A stretch of DNA of 52,988 bases from an uncultured Planctomycetaceae bacterium (lineage in GTDB: Bacteria > Planctomycetota > Phycisphaerae > UBA1845 > UTPLA1). Position 1 is the stretch's first letter; each line of letters begins with the position of its first letter. Positions 17,270 to 25,920 of the stretch are shown piece by piece. Where the stretch lies: NCBI GenBank assembly GCA_964416295.1, contig CAYQDV010000001.1, forward strand, positions 1-52,988, read 5' to 3'. The position numbers and the translations under genes are program-made. The notes beneath the pieces are model-generated. The model was not told the origin of the DNA and did no database searches. It saw only the letters and a list, made by a program, of their open reading frames with translations.

Positions 17270-19711
17270 ATGAGTAACGCGGCAGGCATGTTGCCGATCC
17301 GTGCTTCGGTGTCGGGGCGATGGCAGGTCCCGGTGTTGAGCATGGGTCTTGTCCTGTTCGGCGGCGGCTTGGTTCGATTGGCTGCGAACTATCGATCCCG
17401 GTCGTTCACGGACGACGTCGCACTGACGAAGCGTCTGCGTGACGCGAAACAGCTTCCCCGCGCCAGCGCGTTTCTCGTGGAGCGGCTCAAGGATCAGGAC
17501 CAGCCGCCCTCCCAGCGAGCGGAACTGCACCGGCTGCTCGCCGCCACGATCCACGAAGCCGAAGCACCCCTGACCGTGCACTCGCCGCGCAACGCTACCG
17601 CCATCATCCGCAATTTTCAGGCGGCGGCCCGGCTGACAGGCGACATCGGCCCCGACGACTGGAACCGCGTGGCTGACGCTTACCGGTGGGCGGGAAACGA
17701 GAGCGAGGCGGTCGACGCGTATCGTCAGTCACTTCGGTTGGGGACCGCCGGACCCGACGGGGTTCGGCGACGAATCGTCGAATTGCGCTCGGGCTTCGCC
17801 GGAAAGATCAGCGACGATGCGGAAACCGAGTTGGACGCGATTCTGTCCGACGCGAACGCGTCCCCCGGAAACTATCTATGGGCTGTTGAGCGCAAGACGC
17901 TTCGACTGCTGGACCACGGCGACGCCGCTACGGCCCGCGGCCTGGTGGCGAAGGCAGGTGAGCGGCTGTCGGGTTCGGCCGCGCGGGTGGCGCTTCCCTA
18001 TCTGGATGCCCTTACGTTGTGGCGGTTAGGACTGAGCGATGAAGCGGAGGCTCGGCTCCGCGCCTTGCGAAACGCGTGGGCGGTCCGCGATGAGCTGTGG
18101 GGCAAGTCGGGCTGGCTGCTGGGCAGGATCCAACAGCAGGATGACCGGCCACAGGCTGCATTGTCTTTCTATGACGAGGTGCTTCGCTCATTCGAGACCG
18201 GAGAATTGCACGACGCATGCCTCTTCGGCCGTGCGGAATGCCTGGCGTCGCTAGGCAGGCACGCGCGGGCGCTGGAAACATTCTCTGAACTTCAGGACCG
18301 ACTTCTCGCTGCCCGACGACATCGCTATCTCGATCGGGATACCGTGCGGGCCTCCGTGACATCGATTGGACTGTCGGTGCTCAGCGAGCCGACGGTGGCC
18401 GAGGGCGACCCTCCGGCGGGCGATCGCGAATTGGGCATTCGTTATCTACGACTGGGCTTGGAGATGGTCGAGCCTGCGGACGAGGGAGCGCAAGTGCCCT
18501 ATCTCTCTCGAATCGCCTCCGGCCTGAGCGCGATGGCCGACGCCGCCGTCGATGCCAGCCGGGGAAGGCGGCTGCACCGGGAGGCGGGCGAAGCCCACCT
18601 GCGGCTGTCACGTCTTCAGCGCGACGACGGTGAGGCCTCGGCGCGTTCCAATTGGGAGGCGATCGAGCATTTCGCAAAGGCCGGTCGGCCTCATCGCGTC
18701 ATTGAATTGCTCGAACGCTTTGTCGCGGTACGTCCGTCGAGCCTGCTCCGGCCGATGGCCCTGCACCGTCTCGGACAGGCCTATCAGGCCGAACACCGCT
18801 ATCCGGAAGCGGTGCATTCTTATGATACCGTGATCCATGAGTTCGAGGGACTGCCCGATGCCTTGGCTTCGATGGTGCCGATGGCACAGTGTCTACTTCG
18901 TCAAGGCGGCCGCGAGACCGCTCGCGGCGTGGGGCTCCTACTGGATATCGTCGACGATCGCGGGCCCAAGCAATGGCTGACGCCGCGAGCGAAGGAGTAT
19001 CGCGAGGCCCTCGTTCAACTGGCAACGTACTATGTCGGCGCCAGCGACAGCGAAGTGCCGAATCACGTGGAACGTGCGATCGAACGGTTGGAGGACACGC
19101 TGGCGTTGTATCCGGAAGACCGGCGCGCTCCGGAGCTGACGTTCCTGCTCGCTGATGCCTACCGGCAATCGGCCGTCGGACTTCGCCGGGAACTGAAGAA
19201 GACCGGCCGACCGTCCGCCGCCGACGTGCAAACGTCGGCGTGGGCGAATCGTCTGCAGACGGCGTACCGGTATTTCAATGAGGTTGTCTCGACGCTGGCG
19301 CCACACGATGACGGGACGACGCATGCGCGGGCGGCCGACAAGGATTCTCCGGCGGTGGCATCGGGGCTGAGTGAACTGGAAAGCACCTACCTGCGGATGA
19401 GCTATCTCTATCGCGGGGATTGTCTGTTCGACCTCGGTCGATATGACGAGGCGGTTGCGGCCTATGAAGAGGCCGCTTGGCGGTACGACCACATGCCGGC
19501 GGCGGTGTCGGCCTCCATGCAGATTTATCACTGCTATCAACGAGTCGGGCGGACGGAGGAGGCCCGGGCGGTTTTGGGGCGGCTCCACTGGCTGATCCGG
19601 GCGATTCCCGAGTCGGCGTTTGAGAACGAGCGGGGCATGCCTTCGAAGAGGTATTGGGAAGCGCTGGTCAACCGGCTCGACCGACTGGCTGCCGACGCGG
19701 TCAGCGGCTGA
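17270..19711 (+). CDS. Membrane-anchored tetratricopeptide-repeat (TPR) protein
   Basis: One N-terminal TM helix (WQVPVLSMGLVLFGGGLVRLAA), then ~770 aa of helical-repeat sequence with TPR-like A/Y/L periodicity (e.g. YRGDCLFDLGRYDEAVAAYEEAAWRY). Confidence 0.7.
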   Translation: MSNAAGMLPIRASVSGRWQVPVLSMGLVLFGGGLVRLAANYRSRSFTDDVALTKRLRDAKQLPRASAFLVERLKDQDQPPSQRAELHRLLAATIHEAEAPLTVHSPRNATAIIRNFQAAARLTGDIGPDDWNRVADAYRWAGNESEAVDAYRQSLRLGTAGPDGVRRRIVELRSGFAGKISDDAETELDAILSDANASPGNYLWAVERKTLRLLDHGDAATARGLVAKAGERLSGSAARVALPYLDALTLWRLGLSDEAEARLRALRNAWAVRDELWGKSGWLLGRIQQQDDRPQAALSFYDEVLRSFETGELHDACLFGRAECLASLGRHARALETFSELQDRLLAARRHRYLDRDTVRASVTSIGLSVLSEPTVAEGDPPAGDRELGIRYLRLGLEMVEPADEGAQVPYLSRIASGLSAMADAAVDASRGRRLHREAGEAHLRLSRLQRDDGEASARSNWEAIEHFAKAGRPHRVIELLERFVAVRPSSLLRPMALHRLGQAYQAEHRYPEAVHSYDTVIHEFEGLPDALASMVPMAQCLLRQGGRETARGVGLLLDIVDDRGPKQWLTPRAKEYREALVQLATYYVGASDSEVPNHVERAIERLEDTLALYPEDRRAPELTFLLADAYRQSAVGLRRELKKTGRPSAADVQTSAWANRLQTAYRYFNEVVSTLAPHDDGTTHARAADKDSPAVASGLSELESTYLRMSYLYRGDCLFDLGRYDEAVAAYEEAAWRYDHMPAAVSASMQIYHCYQRVGRTEEARAVLGRLHWLIRAIPESAFENERGMPSKRYWEALVNRLDRLAADAVSG

Positions 19712-19787
19712 GGCGGTGTCTGCGACGAACGGCGGCTTCCGGAGTCGCATTCAGGGAGCGTGTTTCGCGGGATGGGCAGAGTGTGAG

Positions 19788-20288
19788 ATGAGGAGTGACA
19801 TGAGCGATATCCCGGCAGCATTGAGGAACGCGGACACGCGCGAGCGGCTGATCCGCGACCTGGTGCGATTGCTGACGCACCAGCAGACGCTCTACCGACG
19901 CCTTCGGTTATTGGCGCAAAGGCAGCGGACTCTCGTGCTTGGAGATGACGCCAACGCTCTACTGGAACTGCTCTCGGAGCGCCAGCGGCTTGTGGACGGC
20001 CTCAGCGGGCTGAACGGGAAGATTGCCCCTTATCGGAGTCACTGGACGGAGATATACCACGCGTTGGACGATTCGGCGCGCCGCCAGGTCTCGAGCCTGC
20101 TGGAGGAGGCCAACGCGACGCTGGGAGCGCTTCTCAAGGGAGACGGCCACGACTGTGGCACATTGTCAGCGAAACGCGAGCAGGTCGCGGCGCGCCTGTC
20201 CACGATCGACACGGGCAGTTGCGCGAGTGCGGCGTACTCCACCGCAGGCATCGGAACCCACCACACCACGACGGACATGAAAGGCTAG
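19788..20288 (+). CDS. FlgN-family-like flagellar export chaperone (putative)
   Basis: All-helical ~165-aa protein. LVRLLTHQQTLYRRLRLLAQRQRTLVLGDDANALLELLSERQRLVDGL matches the FlgN family pattern. The longest ORF (TTG 19620) overlaps the TPR gene. ATG 19788 or ATG 19800 (AGGAG upstream) is more plausible. Confidence 0.5.
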   Translation: MRSDMSDIPAALRNADTRERLIRDLVRLLTHQQTLYRRLRLLAQRQRTLVLGDDANALLELLSERQRLVDGLSGLNGKIAPYRSHWTEIYHALDDSARRQVSSLLEEANATLGALLKGDGHDCGTLSAKREQVAARLSTIDTGSCASAAYSTAGIGTHHTTTDMKG

Positions 20289-20293
20289 GCGGC

Positions 20294-21229
20294 GTGCAAA
20301 CATCTGTTCCAAGTTTGCGGATCGGCGTGCCGAACCGCCGTGTCCCTGCGCTGGACCGCGGCATTGACGCGGCGTTGCCAGACGTCGCGGTCGCGACCGA
20401 ACGGGAGCGGGAACTGGCCGCCATCATAGGGGCCTACAACGATGTGACCGAGCGTTTGAAGGGCGCCCACGACCGGCTCACGTGTGAGGTGGGGCGGCTG
20501 CGGGACGAACTGCGAGCCAAGAACGAAGAGTTGCGGCGGCGTGAGCGGCTGGCGGCGCTCGGAGAGATGGCGGCGGGGTTGGCGCACGAAGTACGCAATC
20601 CCCTAGGAGGGATCGCGCTGTACGCATCGAAGCTCGAACGGGAACTGAGCGAACAGCCGTCCGCCCGGCGGGCGGCGCACAAGATCGTGCGTGGGGTGAA
20701 ATCGCTGGATCGGCTCATCTCGGAGATCCTGGATTTTGCACAGGAAGACCGCCTTGATCTGGCGGATTGCCGACTCGGCGATGTGCTCGCTGCGGCCCTT
20801 GAGAGCGTGGATGCCTGGGCAACTGAAGGAACCGGCACGATCGTCGTCGAGGCGGCGGCCCACGACCTGCGCCTGACCTGTGACCCGGCCCGCCTGCGGC
20901 AGGTTGTGATCAACCTGCTGATGAATGGACTCCAAGCGGTGCCCGCCGGTGGCGAGGTGCGGGTCTCGGCAGCGGTCTCGCATGACGCGATGACGGAAAT
21001 AGCCATCAGCGATAACGGCCCTGGTATCGCGTCGGATTGCCTGGATCGGATCTTCAATCCCTTTTACACGACGAAGGCGACGGGGACGGGACTCGGCCTG
21101 GCGATCGTTCATCGCATCGTCGAGGCCCATGGTGGAACGATCACGGCGGGCAACGGCCCGCAGGGCGGTGCATGCTTTGTGGTACGGATTCCGAGGCCGC
21201 CACCGGACTCGCTTTCCGGACGGCGATGA
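20294..21229 (+). CDS. Soluble sensor histidine kinase (HisKA + HATPase_c, no TM segments), FlgS/FlrB/FleS-like by context
   Basis: H-box LAALGEMAAGLAHEVRNPLGGI, N-box INLLMNGLQA, and G-boxes DNGPGI and GTGLGLAIV. Preceded by a coiled coil. The start is uncertain: TTG 20219 overlaps the flgN-like gene, and in-frame GTG 20294 follows its stop. Confidence 0.8.
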   Translation: MQTSVPSLRIGVPNRRVPALDRGIDAALPDVAVATERERELAAIIGAYNDVTERLKGAHDRLTCEVGRLRDELRAKNEELRRRERLAALGEMAAGLAHEVRNPLGGIALYASKLERELSEQPSARRAAHKIVRGVKSLDRLISEILDFAQEDRLDLADCRLGDVLAAALESVDAWATEGTGTIVVEAAAHDLRLTCDPARLRQVVINLLMNGLQAVPAGGEVRVSAAVSHDAMTEIAISDNGPGIASDCLDRIFNPFYTTKATGTGLGLAIVHRIVEAHGGTITAGNGPQGGACFVVRIPRPPPDSLSGRR

Positions 21230-21303
21230 GCCGCGGTCTATCGACTCGCAGTGTGCGTCATGGACAGAGATATGAGCAGGATGTTTGAAACCCTCTGATT
21301 GGA

Positions 21304-22740
21304 ATGGAGCAGCCAATGGCACGGATTTGCATTGTGGACGACAAGGATGTCATGCGGGATTCCCTGACGGATACACTCGTCGGTCAGGGGCATGAGGTGA
21401 CGGCGTATCCCGACCCGAAACTGGCGGTCGGGGAACTGCGTTCCTCCGGTTTCGATGCGATCGTCAGCGACCTGAAGATGCCGGAGATGGATGGGATTGA
21501 CTTTCTGCGGGCGCTGCGCTCGCGTGGCGTTGATACGCCGTTTGTGCTGATGACTGCCTACGCCAGCGTGCCGACGGCCGTCGAAGCGATGAAGATGGGG
21601 GCCTTCGACTACATCCAGAAGCCGTTTGAGGCCGACGAGATCGCGATGGTCATTCAGCGGGCGGTCGCCATGGGGAGACTGCGCGGGGAAAACGAGGTGT
21701 TGCGTGCTTCGCTGCATGATCTCGAGGGCGAGCCCCACATGGTCGGCTCCAGCCGTGCGATGCGCCAGATGCGGACGCAACTCGAGCGCATCGCGCGAAG
21801 CCAGGCCACCATCCTCATCCAGGGCGAGAGCGGCACCGGCAAGGAGTTGGCCGCGAGAACAATCCACACCGCCTCCTCGCGCGCCGGCCGGCCGATGCTG
21901 TGCGTGAACTGCGCCGCCCTGTCCGCCAATCTGCTGGAGAGCGAGCTGTTCGGGCATGAGCGCGGCGCGTTTACGGGCGCCGACAAGCTGAGAAAGGGGC
22001 GATTCGAGCTGGCATCGGGCGGAACACTCTTGTTGGACGAAATCAGCGAAGTCCCGCTGCCGCTCCAGCCGAAGCTGTTGCGCGTCCTGCAGGAGAGAGA
22101 ATTCGAGCGCGTCGGCAGCAGTGTCACGCTCCAGGCGGATGTGCGCGTCATCGCAACGACGAACCGCGACCTGTCTGATTGGGTAGCGCGCCGGCGATTT
22201 CGGGAAGACCTCTTTTTCCGTGTGAGTGTGCTTCCCGTGACGATGCCGCCATTGCGCGATCGCCGCGACGACATTTCCGAATTGACGGATTACTTCCTGA
22301 AGCGGATCGCGCGGCGGGAGGGCCGCGAGACACTCATCATGACGAAGCGGGCGATGACCGCGATGGAAACGTATCATTGGCCCGGCAACGTGCGCGAGCT
22401 GTACAACATCTGCGAACGCGCGGTAGTGCTGTGCAACGGCGGATCGATCGACGCCCAACTCATTGAACCCTGGCTGTCGACCAGTACGGAAGTGAAACTC
22501 GAAGGTGTGCGACGCCCCCTCCGGCCGGGTCACATGATGGAAGACGTCGAACGCTCCTTGATCGAACAGACGCTCGTGCAGTTCAACGGTCATCGCGAGA
22601 AGACCGCCAAGGCTCTCGGGATCGGCGTGCGGACACTCGGCATGAAGCTGAAGCGATGGCGGGAGGAGGCCGCGGCCGCCGCCCTGGCACAGCAGCCTCA
22701 GCAGACGCTGATGGCCTCGCCACAGCGGCGCGCCGGCTGA
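21304..22740 (+). CDS. NtrC-family sigma54-dependent response regulator (REC + AAA+ + Fis-type HTH), FlgR/FlrC/FleR-like by context
   Basis: REC domain (ICIVDDKD...DLKMPEMDG), Walker A GESGTGKE, the sigma54-contact loop ERGAFTGA, and C-terminal HTH KTAKALGIGVRTLGMKLKRW. Confidence 0.9.
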   Translation: MEQPMARICIVDDKDVMRDSLTDTLVGQGHEVTAYPDPKLAVGELRSSGFDAIVSDLKMPEMDGIDFLRALRSRGVDTPFVLMTAYASVPTAVEAMKMGAFDYIQKPFEADEIAMVIQRAVAMGRLRGENEVLRASLHDLEGEPHMVGSSRAMRQMRTQLERIARSQATILIQGESGTGKELAARTIHTASSRAGRPMLCVNCAALSANLLESELFGHERGAFTGADKLRKGRFELASGGTLLLDEISEVPLPLQPKLLRVLQEREFERVGSSVTLQADVRVIATTNRDLSDWVARRRFREDLFFRVSVLPVTMPPLRDRRDDISELTDYFLKRIARREGRETLIMTKRAMTAMETYHWPGNVRELYNICERAVVLCNGGSIDAQLIEPWLSTSTEVKLEGVRRPLRPGHMMEDVERSLIEQTLVQFNGHREKTAKALGIGVRTLGMKLKRWREEAAAAALAQQPQQTLMASPQRRAG

Positions 22741-22766
22741 TGCGGGCGGTGCGCGACGACGCGCAA

Positions 22767-22788
22767 GACCTGCGCCGCCGCGCAGGTC
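22767..22788 (+). terminator. GC-rich hairpin (9-bp perfect stem, 4-nt loop) downstream of the response-regulator gene
   Basis: gacctgcgc-cgcc-gcgcaggtc, 27 nt after the stop codon. No U-tract follows, so it may be a weak terminator or an RNA-stability element. Confidence 0.4.
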
Positions 22789-22845
22789 CTGCCTGCTGGT
22801 TCAGATAAAAAAGGCACGGTGCCACGTCGTGGAGACCGCCGGGCG

Positions 22846-22861
22846 TGGCATGGTGTTTGCA
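22846..22861 (+). promoter_or_regulatory. Sigma54 (RpoN) promoter, TGGCAT-N5-TTGCA, upstream of flgB
   Basis: gTGGCATggtgtTTGCAt has the exact GG-N10-GC spacing. It lies 57 nt upstream of the flgB GTG (22918) and directly downstream of a sigma54 activator gene. Overlapping 11-nt palindromes GGCACGGTGCC (22813-22823) and CCACGTCGTGG (22822-22832) lie just upstream. Confidence 0.7.
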
Positions 22862-22917
22862 TCAATAGCGTTCAGGTTGTGGTCGGCACTCTCCGCCGAC
22901 ACGAGGAGATTCAGACG

Positions 22918-23355
22918 GTGGCACTCCTGACAGACATCACGGGCGGCGGCGCCTTTCCCATGTTGGAGAAGACGCTGGCGTTCACGGCAGCACGTAACCG
23001 AATGCTCGCGGAAAACATCGCGAACGTGACGACGCCGGGCTATCGTACCCAGCAGCTCGACACCTCCGCCTTCCAGGCGGCCTTGCGGGACGCTTCCGAC
23101 CGTCGCTCGCCGGTGGACAAGCGCTTCCGCCTCGAGACGGCGAAGGAGTTCGAGCTTGATGACGCCGGGTTCCTCAAGACTCATCCGAGCGAGGAGCCTG
23201 CTGAGAATCTTCTGTTCCAAGATGGCACCAACGCACGAATCGAGCGACAAATGGCCATGTTGGCTGAGAACGCCATGATGAATCAATTCGCCGCAGAGAC
23301 GCTGAAAGGCTACTACGACGGAATGTCGAAAGCCATTCGAGGACGTGTGATCTAG
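22918..23355 (+). CDS. flgB: Flagellar basal-body rod protein FlgB
   Basis: LEKTLAFTAARNRMLAENIANVTTPGYRTQQLD is the FlgB N-terminal rod motif. The longest ORF (GTG 22819) would contain the sigma54 promoter. GTG 22918 has GAGGAG 9 nt upstream. ATG 22960 is an alternative start. Confidence 0.85.
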   Translation: MALLTDITGGGAFPMLEKTLAFTAARNRMLAENIANVTTPGYRTQQLDTSAFQAALRDASDRRSPVDKRFRLETAKEFELDDAGFLKTHPSEEPAENLLFQDGTNARIERQMAMLAENAMMNQFAAETLKGYYDGMSKAIRGRVI

Positions 23356-23359
23356 AGCC

Positions 23360-23382
23360 GAAAGCTGAAAGCTGAAAGCTGA
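23360..23382 (+). repeat. Tandem heptamer GAAAGCT x3.3 in the flgB-flgC spacer
   Basis: gaaagct gaaagct gaaagct ga read directly from the sequence. It lies immediately 5' of the flgC GGAGG ribosome-binding site. Confidence 0.85.
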
Positions 23383-23396
23383 TGGAGGTGAGTCGA

Positions 23397-23798
23397 GTGT
23401 TTGGTGTATTGGATATCAGTACGTCGGGGCTGGTCGCGCAGCGGACGCACCTCGACACGATCGCGGGCAACATCGCCAATGTGCAGACGACGCGTCGGGC
23501 GGACGGCCGGCCGGGGCCCTACCTGCGCCAAGTCGCGTTGCTGGCGCCGGGAAACGGTCGCGGCGGACCCGGCGCGCATGTGCAGAACGTCATCGAGGAC
23601 ACGAAAGGCAAGCCCCGCGAGGTGCTGGATCCGAGCCATCCGGACGCGGATGCAAACGGAATTGTTCGCTATCCGAACGTCGACCTTTCGACGGAACTGA
23701 TCAATGCCATGGTGGCCGTCCGGGCCTACGAGGCCAACGTGACGGCCATCGAGGCGACGAAGTCGATCATGGCGAGCACGATGCGGCTGCTGGCCTAG
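23397..23798 (+). CDS. flgC: Flagellar basal-body rod protein FlgC
   Basis: FGVLDISTSGLVAQRTHLDTIAGNIANVQTT...VRYPNVDLSTELINAMVAVRAYEANV is the FlgC signature. GTG 23397 has GGAGG 8 nt upstream. The ORF-track start, ATG 23382, is the alternative. Confidence 0.9.
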   Translation: MFGVLDISTSGLVAQRTHLDTIAGNIANVQTTRRADGRPGPYLRQVALLAPGNGRGGPGAHVQNVIEDTKGKPREVLDPSHPDADANGIVRYPNVDLSTELINAMVAVRAYEANVTAIEATKSIMASTMRLLA

Positions 23799-23861
23799 CC
23801 GCTGACAGGATCGATATGTGTTGCCGGACTAACCGGATGACCCTGAGGGAGCAATTAAGTC

Positions 23862-24179
23862 ATGGCTGATCCGACGATTGGAGCGAGCGGCCTGAATCCG
23901 ATTCGACCGATTCAGCCGTCGACGACATCACCCATAGCCAAGCCCTCGGGCCTAGAGGGTAAGGACTTCAAGTCCTACATGCTCGACAGTCTGGCGACAG
24001 TGAACCGGCTTCAGAACGAGGCGGATGCCGGCGTCCAAAAGCTGCTGACCGGTGAGTCTGACAACGTGGCCGAGGTGCTGAGCGCGTCGCGGAAGGCGGG
24101 AGTCGCCTTCGATCTGTTGATGCAAATCCGCAACAAACTGCTCGATGCGTACAACGAGGTTCGACAGATGCGGGTGTGA
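23862..24179 (+). CDS. fliE: Flagellar hook-basal body complex protein FliE
   Basis: 105 aa. The C-terminal VAEVLSASRKAGVAFDLLMQIRNKLLDAYNEVRQMRV is FliE-like. Conserved position after flgC. Confidence 0.85.
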   Translation: MADPTIGASGLNPIRPIQPSTTSPIAKPSGLEGKDFKSYMLDSLATVNRLQNEADAGVQKLLTGESDNVAEVLSASRKAGVAFDLLMQIRNKLLDAYNEVRQMRV

Positions 24180-24240
24180 CGATGATCGCTTCTGCGCTGC
24201 TTCCACCTGTTGATCGGGGAACGGCTTCGGCACGTGGCCT

Positions 24241-25908
24241 ATGGACTTTCTGAAGACACAACTCAAACAGATCGGCGAACAGTTGCGGGGTATGTCAAAC
24301 TCGCAGCGTGTCGCCGTGATCCTGTCGCTCGTGATCGCGCTGGCGGGCGTCTGGGGCATGTTCACATGGGCCGGCGGCAGCGAGTGGGTTCCCGTGCTGG
24401 ATCAGCCGCTGACCGGTGACCAGATACAGCGGATCGAGTCCGCGCTGCTCGTCGCCGATATTCAGACGAAAATAGCAGACGATCGCGTCATGATCCGAGG
24501 TGATCGGGACGCTCGCCGTCGCGCCGAGGCCCTTCTCGCCCAGAGCGATGCCCTGCCGCGAGACACGACTCGAAGCTACGACTCGCTGATCAAGAACGAG
24601 AATCCGTTCACGGGCAATCGCAAGGAGATATGGAAGGAGCGCCGGGGCCTGGAATATGAGCTTTCGGCGGTGCTCCGCGAGTTTCCCGGCGTGAAGCACG
24701 CCCGCGTCCTCCTGACGTTGTCGGATCACCGTTCATTCAAAGATCGTGGAAAGGCCTCGAGTGCGTCCGTGGCGATGACCATGGCAGACGGCCGGCCGAT
24801 CCCCAAGAAGCAGGTCGTGTCGGTCGCGCAGTATGTCGCGGGTGCCGCCGGCTTGAAGGTGGGAGACGTCAAGATTACCGACGGTTCCCGCTTCTACAGG
24901 CCTCCGGATGACGCCGATGCGATGCCGACCGAACAACTGGAACTCCAGCGGCAGTTTGAAGATCGATACGCCCGGAAGATCTATGATCAGTTGCGTCACA
25001 TTGCCGGCGTTGTCGTGAACGTCCATGCGACGCTGCGAACCACGGCGGAGCAAATCCAGGAAAGCACTGTCGGCAAACCGCGCGTTTCCAAGGAAAAGAC
25101 CCGCACCGAGGAGATGAGTGGAGGAGGCGGCGCTGTCGGACCGGGCGTGCGTCCGAACACCGGACGAGCCCTGGCGAACGCCGGGACGGGACAGACGAGC
25201 ACAAAAGAAGAGACTGAAACGATCTTCGAGGGCGAGACGGACCGCAAGACGTCCAGCAAGACCCTCAAGGCGGGTCACCTGGAGCGGTTGACGGCGTCGG
25301 TCAGCGTGCCGCGGAGCTACCTGGAACAGATCGTCAAGGCGGAAGACAACATCGATCCGGTCAAGCCGCCGGATATCGAGCGCAAGGCCAAGGTCGTGCT
25401 GGCGCGGATTCGCGATCGCATCAAACCCCTGCTGGATGCCACGGCGGACGAGCAGGTCGTTGTGGATTGGTACTACGATGCGACACCGTCGGACGCCCCC
25501 GCCGCCTCCGCCGGCAGCGAGCCGATCGACTACATCGCGTTGGCGAAAGACTACGGCCCTCAGGTGGTCCTTGGGCTATTCGCTCTGTTCAGCGTACTCA
25601 CCGTAATTCGCATGGCTAAGAAGTCCGGCGGTGTCGCCGGCGGCCCCGTGCCAGCCGGCGCGGGAATCGGTGCAGCAGGAGACATCCCGATGGTCGGGGA
25701 AGGTGGCGAGCGCCCCTTGTCGTCACTCGGGGGTGTGCCGTTGGCGGTGGGTGAGGCCGAGGAAATCGGGGGCGTGCTGGAAGGTCAAGAAGTTGACGAG
25801 GATGCGGTCCGCACGCAGCAGATCGTGAAGCAGATCGGCGCGATGGTTCGAGAAGATCCGCAGGTGGCGGCGAGTTTGCTCGAGCGCTGGATCGATCAGA
25901 GCCGTTAG
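24241..25908 (+). CDS. fliF: Flagellar MS-ring protein FliF
   Basis: 555 aa. N-terminal TM segment (RVAVILSLVIALAGVWGMF) and C-terminal TM segment (VVLGLFALFSVLTVIRM), with a large periplasmic region and a FliG-binding tail. Conserved position. Confidence 0.9.
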   Translation: MDFLKTQLKQIGEQLRGMSNSQRVAVILSLVIALAGVWGMFTWAGGSEWVPVLDQPLTGDQIQRIESALLVADIQTKIADDRVMIRGDRDARRRAEALLAQSDALPRDTTRSYDSLIKNENPFTGNRKEIWKERRGLEYELSAVLREFPGVKHARVLLTLSDHRSFKDRGKASSASVAMTMADGRPIPKKQVVSVAQYVAGAAGLKVGDVKITDGSRFYRPPDDADAMPTEQLELQRQFEDRYARKIYDQLRHIAGVVVNVHATLRTTAEQIQESTVGKPRVSKEKTRTEEMSGGGGAVGPGVRPNTGRALANAGTGQTSTKEETETIFEGETDRKTSSKTLKAGHLERLTASVSVPRSYLEQIVKAEDNIDPVKPPDIERKAKVVLARIRDRIKPLLDATADEQVVVDWYYDATPSDAPAASAGSEPIDYIALAKDYGPQVVLGLFALFSVLTVIRMAKKSGGVAGGPVPAGAGIGAAGDIPMVGEGGERPLSSLGGVPLAVGEAEEIGGVLEGQEVDEDAVRTQQIVKQIGAMVREDPQVAASLLERWIDQSR

Positions 25909-25920
25909 GAGGAACCGTCG

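Noticed and set aside
21316-21330. TGGCACGGATTTGCA at the start of the response-regulator gene, which resembles a sigma54 promoter.
   Set aside because: The GG-to-GC spacing is 9 nt rather than 10. The motif is formed by the codons ATG GCA CGG ATT TGC, so it is coincidental.
22819-22917. N-terminal extensions in the ORF track for flgB. Similar extensions occur for flgE (32933), fliQ (38560), flhA (41005), flhF (43142), flhG (44445), lptB (11504), lptE-like (51170), flgN-like (19620) and nuoI (7193).
   Set aside because: The extra residues are Arg-rich non-family leaders that overlap upstream genes or, for flgB, the promoter. Internal ATG or GTG codons with Shine-Dalgarno motifs give family-typical N-termini.
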